From positions 74,586,001 to 74,650,000 of the forward strand of contig NC_045699.1 of NCBI RefSeq assembly GCF_009834535.1: 64,000 nt of DNA, given 5' to 3'. The DNA comes from Camelus ferus. Its lineage: Eukaryota. Of the stretch, positions 1 through 12,525 are shown piece by piece (the stretch's first letter is position 1; the number at the start of each line of letters is the position of its first letter). Below the pieces are notes generated by a model, which was given only the letters and a program-made list of their open reading frames with translations, searched no databases and was not told the DNA's origin. Position numbers and translations under genes: made by a program.

Positions 1-151
1 TTGCCCAGCACCCCTTACCCTCCCTGGCGACAGAGGCTGCAGATGACAGTGGCTGGGGATGCGTCGGGGCCTGCCCTGTTGCTGCCTCCTGGTCCCCCAC
101 GCAGACGATCGGCTTCTGAGCCGGACTCCAGCGGTAAAAGGCAGTTCCCTA

Positions 152-248
152 GGGGGAGGGTGTAGCTCAGCAGTGGAGTCCCGGGCTCAACCCCCCGTGC
201 CTCCACCAAGATAAATGAACCTAACCACCTCCGCCCCCAACCAAAAAG
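152..248 (+). mobile_element. tRNA-derived SINE, Vic-1-like (camelid), internally deleted copy
   Basis: GGGGAGGGTGTAGCTCAG head (Pol III A box), TCAACCCCC B-box remnant and AAATGAACCTAACCACCTCC-A-rich tail. The central GCATGCTTAGCATGCACGAG block is missing. Confidence 0.7.
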
Positions 249-649
249 CTTTTATTTTTCATTTCAATTCTCAGAATATCTGTATCAGATGCTGAGCTAA
301 ACTGAACACATACAAGTCTCTACTGTTTACACACATTGAAGATGGAACCAGCTCACAGCATCCTAGGCTGTATGCACGGGGACTCCACGGGGGGACGTGA
401 GAGGCCACCTCTGCCCACGTCGATAACGTAGCCAGCTGGTCAGGCACCCAGCGAGTCAGTCGTGTAACCCTCGGGTGCTGTGCGGCCTGGGTTAAAGTCT
501 CTCCCTCCCTGGCTCCCACTCCGGGACTTACAGCCAGGTCTTATGTCTGTCTTACTGGTCACCCTGCTCTCGCCTTCCAGGATGAAGAGTGAGCAACCCC
601 GGAGATCAGGGTTTCAGAACGGAGGGTAAAGCTCAGCAGCTGCTTTTCG

Positions 650-860
650 CTTTTTACATTTTTTATTGAGTTATAGTCATTTTACAATGTTGTGTCAACT
701 TCCAGTGCAGAGCACAACTTTTCAGTTATACAGGAACATGCATACGTTCACTGTCACATTTTTTCTCCGCTGTGAGCTACCACCCTGCACACATTTCCCT
801 GTGCTGTGCTGTATCACCTTGTTTAAGCAGTGGCTTTTTACAACAGGGCTCGCCCCGCTG
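650..860 (-). mobile_element. LINE-1 3' end fragment
   Basis: TTTTATTGAGTTATAGTCATTTTACAATGTTGTGTCAACTTCCAGTG is the typical reverse complement of an L1 3' UTR/poly(A) end. Confidence 0.7.
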
Positions 861-2869
861 TGTGGCCAGGCAGCAGGTCCACCTCGGAGCGTCCGCCCTG
901 GCTCCCTGCCGGCTCCCCCGTGCACACTGCATCTCCGCCGGGGCCTCACCCGTCTTTCCCTGCAGCCTGGGTGCCGGGCTGGCTCGGGCATGTGCATGAC
1001 CACACTGTACCAGCCAGGTCTGAAGAAGAGCCACGCTCACTGGTCACACTCGGGACAGTGAAGGAGGAAAACCCGGGCTCCCCGGATCCTCAGGGAAAAG
1101 CTGTGTCTGAGGCTCTGACTTCAGGGAGGGGAAACCTGCACTGCCCCTGGCTCCCTGCCCATCCAGATCACTCCTCACCCCCAGCCTCCGACCGACCATC
1201 TCTGTGCTTGGCCAGAGAGTCAGCCTGCTGGACCCACCCTCAGATGGCACCCTCCAAAGGCAGTCACCTGATGTGTCCCCCCCCGCCACCAGTGGGTCTC
1301 CGTTGACCAGGGTAGAGCTCACGGCTCTTCCCAGGTCTACAAGTTCCCGACGTGGCTGGAGGGAACGCAGCAGTTATGTCTTCCTGCTCACAAGACAGAG
1401 GGCGCTGCTCCCAGGATGGGGCACAGAGGGTGTCGTGGCGGGGCAACGGCAGTGGCCCTGAAAATTCAGATGGTGCCTTCCGGAACCGAGGGGCGAAGGG
1501 GGCACAGCCCCCCACGCAGCCCTGCTTTCCTCTGACGGCCCCAAACTAACCACCACACAGAGAAGCCGGAACCTGGGCGAGCCCTCCCCATCCCGAGCCT
1601 CCGCGAGGGAAGGCAGGGCTCGGGAGCGAGGCCGCCCTCCACACAAAGAAGCTGGAACTTTCCAGGTGGCCGCCCCCAACTCAGAGAACGTGCAGTAGAC
1701 CTCTCTCCCTTCTGCCGAAGGAGAACCGAAATAGAACCATTTCCATGGCTCGCGGGAGTTTTGAGACTGAAGTGTGAACCTTCTCGGAGCCAGTTCATCT
1801 CCTGGGAGCGCAGGAGCCTCTTCGAGACGCGTTCTGCCCGAGTTTGCTTCTGTGGCCGCACGTGCCGGCCTTTCAGCCCTGACCCGTAACATCCCGACCC
1901 AGGTTTTCATCTCTAAGCCTGGCAATCTTTTAGTTTCTTGACCTGTTTTCACCAGCCTCCCCCACCGAATGTAGTTGGCACAACGTTCCTAAGGTTTAAC
2001 AAGTTAACTCTCTGCCTGAAATTTGGACCGAAAGAGCTGCTGGTGGCGTTTCCGAAGCTCGGGGCACGAGCAGGTGCTCCCAGAGGAATAAAGTCCTGGA
2101 CGGTCTGCGGTGCCCGCAGGGCAGCTGCCCGGGGCGGTGCTGTGGGAGGGTGGCCGGCACTGGGCCCACAGAGATCCCTGCGGGGCCCAGCCCGAGGACA
2201 CTCTGTCCTGGGGTCCCCTCCTTCCCGGGGCGGCCCACGTCCAGTGGCCTCTGTTCAGGGGGCGAAGGGCCAGGCCACTTCCCTCGATGGGATGATCTGA
2301 GGGGTCTTCTCAGCCAAGGCCCCCACAGCGCCCACATCACAGCCACCTCCGCTCACCCAGTCCTGCGTTCCCAGGGCGCTCCAGCCTGCCCCCCACCGCC
2401 CCTCATGTCTGTGCGGACTGACCTGAGACGGGCTCCTGCCCCAGAGCCCCTGGCCCGAGACGTCTGATTTCTGCCGGCCGTTGTCACTTTGCCTTCGTCA
2501 GTACGTTTTCCTGCCTTTGAAGGGGCCCCTCGATCCCAGCCTGAGCACCCCCGTCCAGCCACCTCCCAGTGCCACCCCAGGACCCCCTCTGAGGAGAGGA
2601 CAGTGACAAATCTCCCCAAATTGCCTCATGAGAATAATTTATTTTCTGAAAGAATCTGAGAGACAAAATCACAGAAACATCCCGCTCTTGTGTGAGTAAA
2701 TGGGAGGTGACGTGCCTTCACTTCCGTTTATGACACACCGGGTCCCCCGAACACGTTCGTCTCAAGGCGCCTATTTTCTGCCTCCGTCTCGCTGCCTTAT
2801 AAACAGACGCTCTTCCAGTCACGTTGTCCCTTGCAATGGTAAATAATAAACGGGGTGAAATCCCCTGGC

Positions 2870-2975
2870 AGCCGTCAGCTTGTCCTCTGTGTCTGTGAGT
2901 CTGGTTTTGTTTCGTAAGTAAGTTCATTTGTGTCCTTTTCTAAGATTCTACGTGTAAGTGAAATTCATGCCAGGA
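2870..2975 (-). mobile_element. LINE-1 3' UTR fragment
   Basis: TGTCTGTGAGTCTGGTTTTG...AAGTTCATTTGTGTC...AGATTCTACGTGTAAGTGA matches the L1 3' UTR in antisense. Confidence 0.6.
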
Positions 2976-2989
2976 AAATTCTGAGAACC

Positions 2990-3835
2990 TGACACTCAAG
3001 AAATAAGCTGAATAGAAGTCGCTTCTGAGGCAAAAGATTTAAAAAGTGGTTTCACACAATAAACGCTGGAGAGGGTGTGGAGAAAAGGGAGCCCTCGTAC
3101 ACCACCGGTGGGAACGCAGGTTGTGCAGCCACTGTGGGAAAGAGTATGGGGGCTCCTTGCAAAACTCAAATACCACATGATCCAGCAATCCCACTCCCCA
3201 CTCCTGGGCACATGTCTGGAGGAAACTAATTTGAAAAGCCACCTGCACCCCAATGTTCACAGCAGCACTATTTATGATAACCAAGACACAGAGACAGCTG
3301 TGTCCATCGACAGATGACTGGGTAAAGAAGCTGTGGTGTATCTATACAACGGAATACTACTCAGCCATAAAAAAGGATAAGATAATGACATTGCAGCAAC
3401 ACAGATGGACCTGGAGATCATCATACTAAGAGAAGTAATTCAGACAGAGAAAGAAGAATACCATATGGTATCACTTACATGTAGAATCTAAAATAAGGAC
3501 ACAGATGAACTTATTTACAAAACAGAAACAGACTCACAGACATAGAAAACAAACTTATGGTTACCAGAGGAGAAAAGGAGGGGTAGAGATAAATTGGAAA
3601 TTCGGGATTTACAGATACACACTACTGTATATAAAACAGATGAACAACAAGGTCCTACTGTAGAGCACAGGGAACTATAGTCAACACCTTGTAATATCAA
3701 TTAAAGAAAGAAAAAATGCCTTGTAATAGCCTATAATGGAAAAGAACACAGAAAGGAATATATACGTGTATAGCCGAAACACAATGTTGTGCACCAGAAA
3801 TTAACACAACATTGTAAGCCAACTATAATTCAATT
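2990..3835 (+). mobile_element. LINE-1 (end of ORF2 plus 3' UTR)
   Basis: Degenerate ORF2 C-terminus (GGAGAAAAGGGAGCCCTCGTACACC, CCAATGTTCACAGCAGCACTATTT) followed by 3' UTR motifs (ACAGATGAACTTATTTACAAAACAGAAACAGACTCACAGAC) and an A/T-rich end. Confidence 0.85.
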
Positions 3836-5689
3836 TTTTTAATGGTTTTGCAGAAATAGGATTTCCAAAGGCCGACTCGAGTGGGCAGAGGTCCTTGGAC
3901 CGGGTCTGGGTGGAGGGTGTGTGCGGCCACACTCACACACGTGAATGTCCATACATTCCATTCAGTACTTAGTACAGGTTAATTTTTGTGTCTATGAAAG
4001 CAATGCTCATGATGTTAAAAGCTGAAACAACATAAAGAAGTCAGCAGGAACAACACAGGTGCCCTGGCCGGCCCCCCACCCTGCGCCACTCCGCCGAGGA
4101 AGGCACACTGCTGATGGTTGCTGGCAAGTTTGGGGGGGAAACAACACGCTCTGCATCCGCTCTGCTGGGTAGCAGGGCACCGGCCACCCCCACGGCCGTC
4201 TCTGAGAGCAGCCCGGCCTGGGCTTTACGCGGCCCTGGGCCCCCCCGGCGTGTGGACCCGCCTCCTTCTCTCCGGGCAGGGCTCAGGGTGCAGGACGGCA
4301 TCCTTGGCTCCACCGCCCCTACTAAGGGCTCTGTAGGGTTTCTGCTTTGTTAAATGAAGAAGCGTCTTTGTAGAGACCGGTGTGCAGGAACTGCGGGAGC
4401 AGAAGCTCAGGACAGGGCCTCCGAGCGGGCCGGCGGGCTGCGAGGCCTCCAGGCGCCACGGCGCCTGCCCGCACTGTGGCAGCGCCGTGACTCGCAGAGG
4501 GAAGACGGGCACGAGCGAAGGGGCCTCTGGCTCCTCTCGCTCGCACTGGCTCCGGCTGTCGCCTGGAGGTCCCCCGCTCCCTGCGGAGACGAGCAGGGAG
4601 CAGGACCCTCTGAGGGTCCTCTGCCCCTCGACAGGAGCGGTGATCACCCGGGGCCCCAGAGTGGCCTGGACGCCCAGCCGCCGCTCCTGTCCCTGCTCCC
4701 ACCGCTCACCGCCTGGGGGACAGCCGAGCCACTGACTGTCCTAGAAGCGCCTGGCCTGGACCAAGCAGAGAAGCCAGGGGTCCCCCTGCCTTGGAGAAGG
4801 AGGCCCCCTACACGGGGGCCGACGGGCCCACCGCAGGAACGGTGGGAAGGCAGCCCGTGGGCGGATCTTGGGGGACCCCGAACCTGCACAGTTAGGGGCT
4901 TGATTACGAGGAAAACTGGAGTCCCTGACGCCGCCGCTCACAACAGGGACGTTTTGATTAAAAACAGATGCCGCCCCTTGCTCCTCCAGCGAAGACCTCA
5001 CAGCGTGCGGGAGATAAGGCTTCCTAAAAGGCAGAACATAGCTACGTGTTCCTGTGCGCGCGCTCACACGCGCGAGCCTGCGTGTGCCTGCGTGTGTGTG
5101 CACGTGTGTAACTGGAGGCCAGCGGCTTCAAAAAGGAGGGCAGAAAGCCTCTCCCTTCCAGAACCTGTTTGTTACCCGTCACTCCCCTGGGCACCCGATT
5201 CCCACAGGGATCTGTAATTCCTGCCCCTCCGTGTCTTCAAGTGCTGTCTCATTCTGAAACTCAGCCATGAAATGGGGGCAGGCTCTCAGTGTGGTAGAAG
5301 CTGCCCCGGGCTTTGCCCAGAGCCGGAAGCCATAAAGGAAACTTGACAGATTTCGGCTGCATACTGATGTAAACCTTGTGCACTGCACACAAAATCAACA
5401 AAACACTAAATCCAAAGGTAAAAGAAAAGTGGCACGCTGAGAAGTAAACGCAGTGCACAGGAGTGTACGGGGGGACGCGCCAGACCCTCAACGAGAGAGG
5501 TCCTGGAATGAGAGGAAGGCCCGCCACCCAGCAGAAAAACTAAAGACGCACGGAGAGCGCGCACAGGCAATTCCCAAGCGGCTGACAGCACGGTGAGACA
5601 CTGTCCTGCGTCGCCAGCAGTCACAGGAGTTAAAGTCAGAGCGGAAAAGGCACGTTCTACCTGTGAGATCGCCGGAGACAGAACGGAAC

Positions 5690-6156
5690 AAAGAATAAAA
5701 TCACGCCATTTGCAGTAACGTGGATGGACCTGGAGGTCGTCATTCTAAGTGAAGCAAGCCAGAGGAAGACAGACAAATACCATATGATATCGCTCATATG
5801 TGGAATCCAAAAAGCACAGAGAAAAGAGGACGCTAATGAACTCATCTACAAAACAGAAACAGACTCGCAGGCGTAGGAAACAATCTTAAGGTTACAAGGG
5901 AAAGGGGGTGGGAAGGGACGCACTTGGGAGTTTTAGATTTGCAAATGTTAGTCACTCTGTATAAAAACAGACTGAAAAAACCCCAGGTTTCTTCTGTATA
6001 ACACAGGGAACTGTGTTCAGTATCTTGTAATAACCTTTCATGAAAAGGACTATGAAGACAAATGCATGTACGCATATGCATGACTGGGACATGCTGCTGG
6101 ACACTGGAAACTCACACACTGTAACTGACTGTACTTCAATTAAAAAAAAAAAAAAA
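5690..6156 (+). mobile_element. LINE-1 3' end with poly(A) tail
   Basis: GCCATTTGCAGTAACGTGGATGGACCTGGAG...ACAAAACAGAAACAGACTC...ACTGACTGTACTTCAATT followed by an A-run at about 6142-6156. Confidence 0.85.
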
Positions 6157-6364
6157 GAAACGGAACGACACCACCCAGGCCCCTTACCCACCCGGTGGGC
6201 GGACCATCAGTCAGCCGGTCATTTCTGGAGGGCATTTTGGCCACAATGCACCATGGTCCTTGGCTAGCGGTGCCTCTTCCAGTAATCACCCCTAAGGAAA
6301 GGCTCAGCCCACTTCCAGCGACACATCACGGAAGCCATTCATCACAGCCCCGTTCAGGCCCTGG

Positions 6365-6450
6365 CGTGGGGAGGACACAGCTCAGTGGTCCCCGGTGCAG
6401 GCCCAGGGCACCTCCTCTAAAAATAAATAAATAAACCCAATGCTCCCTCA
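6365..6450 (+). mobile_element. Vic-1-like SINE, internally deleted copy
   Basis: GGGGAGGACACAGCTCAGTGG head joined directly to TCCCCGG, then CACCTCC and an AAAAATAAATAAATAAACC tail. Confidence 0.55.
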
Positions 6451-6769
6451 AAATAAATACATTTTAAAAATAAAAGCAAAGTAAATAAAAAACAAAAACT
6501 GTGGAGAAACATGCCAAAATATTTGTCATCTGTGTTTCTGGGTCATTAGGTTATTAATTAGGTACATTTTCCCAAACTTCCGGTAATGAGAAAATCTTAT
6601 TTATTAAAACCGTTTGCTGAAGCATTAATACAATGTTTTCATGGGTTTCTCGACACTTGGCCCCCAAATCCCCCAAGGTGATTAGACTAGAAATAGCCCC
6701 CTTCTCGTTCCCACAGGAGAAAGTTTCTGATTTTTCATCCTGTCCAGCCCCCGGCACTTGTCTTTAAAG

Positions 6770-7560
6770 CACCTTTATTGCGGTATAAGTATTGTACACA
6801 ACACTATACATAGTCCGATGTACAGTTTGAAGAATTCTGACAGATGTGCACACCCACGACACCACCGCCACAATCAAGACAGCTAGCACTTCCATCTCTC
6901 CCCAGGAGGTGACAATTTCTACTTCCCAATTAATCCCTCCCCACCCCCTTTCCCCCCTGGTAACCGTAAGTTTGTTCTCTATGTCTGTGAGCCTGTTTCT
7001 GTTCTGTAGATGAGTTCNNNNNNNNNNNNNNNNNNNNNNNNNNNNNNNNNNNNNNNNNNNNNNNNNNNNNNNNNNNNNNNNNNNNNNNNNNNNNNNNNNN
7101 NNNNNNNNNNNNNNNNNNNNNNNNNNNNNNNNNNNNNNNNNNNNNNNNNNNNNNNNNNNNNNNNNNNNNNNNNNNNNNNNNNNNNNNNNNNNNNNNNNNN
7201 NNNNNNNNGCCATCTGTCAATGGACACTAAGGTTGCTTCCACGTCTTGGCTGCTGTAAATAGTGCTGCTGTGAACACTGGGGTGCGTGCGTCTTTTCGAA
7301 TTATATTTTCCTCCAGATACATGCCCAGAAGTGGGATTCCTGGATCATAGTTCAACTCTATTTTTAATTTTTTAAAGGAATCTCCACACCGTTTTCCACA
7401 GTGGCTGCACCAAACAACATTCCCACCAGCAGTGCAGGAGGGTTCCCTTTTCGCCACAGCCTCTCCAGCATTTATTGTTTGTGGACTTTGTAATGATGGC
7501 CGTTCTGGCTGGCGTGAGGCGGTACCTCAGTGTGGTTTTGATTTGCATTTCTCTGACTAG
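6770..7560 (-). mobile_element. LINE-1 fragments (antisense), interrupted by an assembly gap
   Basis: The minus-strand ORF track gives L1 ORF2-like text ([42 protein letters not shown]) plus L1 3' UTR motifs. Confidence 0.85.
7018..7208. other. assembly gap (191 N)
   Basis: Run of N. Confidence 1.
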
Positions 7561-8589
7561 TGATGTTGAGCATTTTTTCAAGTGCCTGTTCGCCATCTGA
7601 ACCCTGGCACTTTCTAGACAGGAAACGAAACCCCAGTTCACTCTCCTATATGTCTGGGTCAAGGAGGCCAGTAGGGATGGACAGACAGACTGTATTTGTG
7701 TCTTGCTTTCAGTCTGCCCACACACACACTGGTCTGGCTCAGTCCCCACCGGCCCTGGACCCCTGAGCAGCACCGGGATACTACGAGCCCTGGGCGAAGA
7801 TTTCTGCACTGTTTGAAAAACAAAAAGAACTGGAAGGACCTTCAAGGCCACACAGTCGGTGAAGAGACCAGAAATAGAATGCGGCTAATAGTCCCTGGTG
7901 GGTTCCTGGAAGACAGCGCTCTCTCTCCCCTTCCCAAACTGGCCAGATGTCCAGCAGAGATGTGTCTTTAACATCTACTTCCTCCTGCGGGCACCAGGCT
8001 GCAGGTGCACATGGGGAGCTGGCCCCAGGTTGCCCCAGCCTCAGAGAGCCTGGAGGCCAGGCCTGGGGCCTGCACACACTCAGGGCCCCTGCTGCTCTGA
8101 AGTCCCCCAAGGCTTATATTTCACCCTACTTCCCGCTTCCCTGCCGCGGGCTCCTGCCCCCGGCTGTTCATCCCGTCTCAGCCTCGGGGTCCTTATCCCT
8201 AAGTCTAGGCTGAAGCAGGGGGCACAGACACATAGAAGCATCCGGCAAAGGCAGCTGCAGGCCTGGGCAGCTTTCTTGGAGAGAAGGCTGGCCCTGCAGC
8301 CCGGAGCTCAGAGTACTTGAGGGCGGTGGGGGGGTGTCAGCAGGAAGAACTCCTGCTTCCAGGGAGCCTGGCTTAGCCTTGAGCTTCGCGCAGCCTTAAG
8401 GCAAGGAACCACTCCGCCAGCCGGGAGGGGGAGGAAGGGGGGGAGGGTACGGTGCCGGGCACACAGCGGACACTGGACAGGTGGGAGCTTCCAGTAACGG
8501 CGCAGCTGAAGATCAGAGTAGCAGGATCAACGCTCCACTAGCCCACCAGCGGCTCCCCGGCCGCCCACACCTCCCAGCCTAACCTTCCC

Positions 8590-9790
8590 ACCGAGGGACC
8601 GCGGAGGCAGGGCGGTGTCTGCCGACGCGGCCACTCAGCGCGCGCCCCTGGCGCCGGGCAGCTGGGGCCCGCCGGGGACAGGGTGCTCGACAGCACCGGA
8701 GGGCCCCCGCCTCCGGCCGGGAGCGGGGTGGAGGTCAGACATCAGCCGACTACTCACTCCAACCGCACCAGGCGCGTTTCGGGGGCCTGTCCGAGTCCGG
8801 GGAGGGGTGGGGCGTCTCCGAAGGCTCGGGCCGCCTCCGGGCTGGGCGGGCGGGCGCGGGCGCGGGGCGGGCGCGGGGGCGGCGCGCGGCGCCCGCGGCT
8901 CCTCCGCAGCGCGGCCGGCAGGTGGGCGCGCGCTCGCCGGGCGGGGGTCCGGCCGGGCCGCGCGCCTCCCCCGGAACTCGGCCGTGCCATTCCCATGATG
9001 CCCAGCCACCGGGCACGGCTTCCGGAGCGCGGCCGCCGCCGCCCCGCCGCCGCCGGTAGGTCCGGGGTGGGGGCTCCACGGGCCGCCCCGCCCCTCGCCG
9101 CGCGCCCCGCCCCCCCCCGCGCACCACCCCCACCCGGCGCCGGCGGCCCGGCCCCCTTCGCGCGGGGACCCGCCGCCTCTCCGGGACTCGGCGCGCGGGG
9201 CGGGGGCCGGAGGGCCGGCGCCCGGCCGGGCGGGGCGGCGGGGGCCGGGTCGGAGGGCGGGCGTGCAGGCCGCAGCGCGGCGCCGGCCGCCGGGGAAGGG
9301 ATCGCGGCGGGCGGGGCGGGCTCGGCTGGGCGCCGGCGTCGTTACCTGGCCGGGCGGGGATCGCGGCCCCGGAGACGGCTCTCGGTCCTCCCCCCCACCC
9401 CGCCCCGCGCTCTCCGCGCCCGCGTTCCTCGAAGCCGGCCGGGCGCGCTGCCCAGGTGAGGCGCAGGTGAGGGCCCGCGGCGGGACGGCTTCCGGCCTGA
9501 CCCCGGCGCTCGCGGCTCACCGCCCCGAGCGCGGCGGAGGGCCGAGGGCCCGGCGCTCCCGAGAGGGGCGGTTCGCGCCCTGCGCCCCGCGCAGCTTCCG
9601 GGAGGGTCACCGGGCTCCCCGGCCGGCCCCTCGCCCCCAAGCCCACGAAGCCCAACATACACCCCGGGGGCGCAGCCCTGCTTGGAGGCCTGACCCCTTC
9701 CCTGCCGGAGGGCCCGGTCGCTGCTCCAGGCGCCAGGATCCCTCCCCGCTGAGGCCGCGCTGGGGGTTAGCACCCCCAGGCCGGGGGCAG
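8590..9790 (+). promoter_or_regulatory. PPP1R26: CpG island / PPP1R26 promoter and non-coding 5' exons
   Basis: Very high CpG density with several GGGGCGGG GC boxes. Candidate donors at CCG|GTAGGT (about 9056) and CAG|GTGAGG (about 9456 and 9467). Lies about 3 kb upstream of the coding exon, whose acceptor is CCCTTTACAG| at 12350. Confidence 0.75.
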
Positions 9791-12525
9791 GGGAGCAGCC
9801 CGTGCTCCGGGTGAAAGATCAGGGCGGGGGCAGCCGGGAGGGTCTCGCCTTGCCTCGGGGCCCCCAGGCACAGGCAGTGAACCTGCAGCTTTGCTAGGGA
9901 GACGTCCTCGCCCTGTTGTAAAGTCTCACCTTCCCGCAGGCCAGGGTCGAATTCTAGCCAACGCCCACTCCGGGCTGGCCCTGCTGAGAGGGCCCTCTTT
10001 CTGGGCCTGGTGCCCTCACTCGACCCTCCCCTCCCTAACCCTGGGGGAAAACTGGGACTGGGAGGTAAGAAACAGGAGCTGTGCAGCTTTGGGGTGCACC
10101 CAGGAGATGTATGGGGGGCATCTCGTGCAGGGAGCCAGTCTATCAGGTTGATAAGCATTAGCAGGGATCTGCCCTCCTGGAGGTTAGTGTCTAGACTGAG
10201 AAAAGGTCCAGGCACCCTCCTCCACTTTTCAAATTCTGGCACCACGGGGCTTTGGTGTGCAGACCTGGATGTCCCCACAGCCTCCTTCCAGACCCAGCTC
10301 TGGGGCCCTGGGGTGCAGGGTGGCAATTTGGCAAAGTGGAAGCCCCTGCCTTCAGCTCACAGCCTCTCCAAGCACAGCTCAGGGGAGTTTTCCAGAACGA
10401 TTCATCTCACAGAGCTGATTGTTTCAAAGCCACAAGCTGTCGCCGGAGACGCCCTCTGAATTTTTAACCTCATTCTGGCACTAGGTAGTTTGACACTTCA
10501 GAAAACCATTCACTGAGAGTCCGAGCTCTCTACGCACGTTTAAGAGCGGTGACCATGGTCAGCTTGGTTAGAGGGGATGAGCGGTTCCCCTTTGGCCCAC
10601 GCTGCTTCCTGAGTAGTAATCCTGCAGCCCCGTGCACTTGAGCTCGCCCCTGGGCCCGTCTTTTAAGATGGCATTGATGTTTAAGGAGTTCATATTTTCG
10701 ATTCAGACTCTTCACAGCCCAAGGGCTACGCGAATGTCTCGTGGTCTCTCACTTTGCTGAGGCAGCTTGAATTATTACCGCAGTGTGCAGGGTGGGCACA
10801 GGCCAGTGACAGAGCCCTCCCCCCTGCACTGCTGGTCCCCAGGGGTCTTCGGCCATGGCGGGGGGTTCTCCCGGGAGGGGGCTGTCGTGGGGTGCTAGAA
10901 CCTGAGGACTGGTAGACGGCTGCACGCGCTCCCCCAGCCGCGTCACCACCTGACGGTGGCAGACCTATGGCCCAGAAGAGCTGCACTTCAGTTGTGATTA
11001 ACTGTATTAGCTTCAAGGTAGGTCCTTCCAGAATTTAACTCTGAGCCCTTGAATTACTGCAGTTTCTTTCCACCCGAAATATCTCCCAGCCGTGGCTTCA
11101 GCCCCTGAGTTAGGACTCTGAGCCTTCAGTGCTGCCAGCAAACGTCCACTTAGTAAGCGGGCGTGGGACGCCACAGCATGTCCATGGAGGGACAGAGACC
11201 CGGCCCCCCGCGCTGTTCTGCAGACGTCCCATGGAGCCTTGTCTTGAAGAGCGTTCCAGGTGACTGCTGCCTATTCTTTTACGTGGCAGTTTAGCGAAAC
11301 TAAACTTTTTTTTGAGTGCAAATCAGCAATAACAAAGGGACTTCCTTCTGAATCGGTGGCGCCCTCTGGTTAATTGCTGGTCGCAACTGTTTGGGCACAT
11401 CTGTGCCTAGGTGGCCGGGCCAGGCTTTCTTGGAAAGGACTGGGGTGTGTAAACACAGGATTCTGTGTCTGTCGGAAGGAAGCTTCTAGCGGAGAAAGAT
11501 CTGCATTGGAAGCAAAGCAAACACACAGACCACTTCCAGCCACCCACCGAGGTCCGGGGTGGTGACGGCCTTGCCCAGCTCTGTTTGGGGTGGGAACTCA
11601 CCTTCCCGTTTCCATAGGTGCTCCCAAGCGCCCCTCTTGCATCTCAGCTGCTCTGCATTCCAGTTTGGGACCCGGAAAAGTCAGAGAAACGTTCAGAATT
11701 AACCGTTACATGACATGTCTCGCGGCTTTCTAACCTCCTGCGCAGGGCCTGCGCCCCGCTCCTCTCTGCGGCAGTGGTCCCAGACCTTTAGCGTAAAGGC
11801 TGCTGGGAGCAGATCTTCAGAGTGTTCCTGAGACCGGCCCAGCGGCTCTGCTGACCCGGCCACATTTGGTCCGAGACGTGGAAACTGGGAAAGCCACACT
11901 GGATGAGAAGGGGCCCGTGACTGCGTTCAGGGGAACTTTTGTGCTAATTAGTGAAAAATAACGATGTGGTCCCATGAGACCACCTGGGAAATACACAGTT
12001 GACATTTTCAAACAAAAGGGCTTTGGTGTAGATGGTTCTGTAAAGGTGTTTGGAGGAAGCACATCAACTCGCTCACGTCACGTAACTTCTCATTTCAGGA
12101 GCTGCGGTTCCCGACAAGGCGGGCCGACCCAGGACGTCTTGCTGAGCCTGGATTCACACCAGGCATTCTTTTCTGCCTGCAGAGAAGCACTTGAGGCTTT
12201 ATCTCAGTGGCACCTCCTGACCTTTGTTTCTTTACAGAGAAGATGGACAGACGGACGGAGAAACAAGGTTCATGTGGGCATCCGCCGGCTCCATGCAGGC
12301 GGCTCAGACGCGTCTTCTCATGAACCTTCTCAACCATTCTCCCTTTACAGCTGAGGACGCCGAGGCCCAGGAGGCGTGAGTGGCTTGCCCGGCGGACCCT
12401 CGCCAAGCCTGCCCGGGCGCCGTGACCGGACCTCGGGCCCCATCCCTTCGTGCCATCTCCTCCAGGATGTGAAGCCGGCAGAGAAGCCAAGCGCCGCCTC
12501 TCTGCCTGCCCTCTCGTCTGCTAGG

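Noticed and set aside
2700-2860. Cluster of TGACGT, CACTTCCG, TATAAA and AATAAA resembling a promoter or LTR
   Set aside because: It abuts and probably continues a degenerate antisense L1 3' UTR; no LTR termini or downstream gene.
8615-9814. Many overlapping 120-300 aa Arg/Gly/Pro/Ala ORFs
   Set aside because: They lie in the CpG island; scarcity of stop codons in GC-rich DNA explains them, and there is no recognisable domain.
12376-12525. 50-codon N-terminal extension of the PPP1R26 ORF in the track
   Set aside because: It starts at GTG, and similarity to the recalled protein begins at the ATG at 12526. Treated as 5' UTR.
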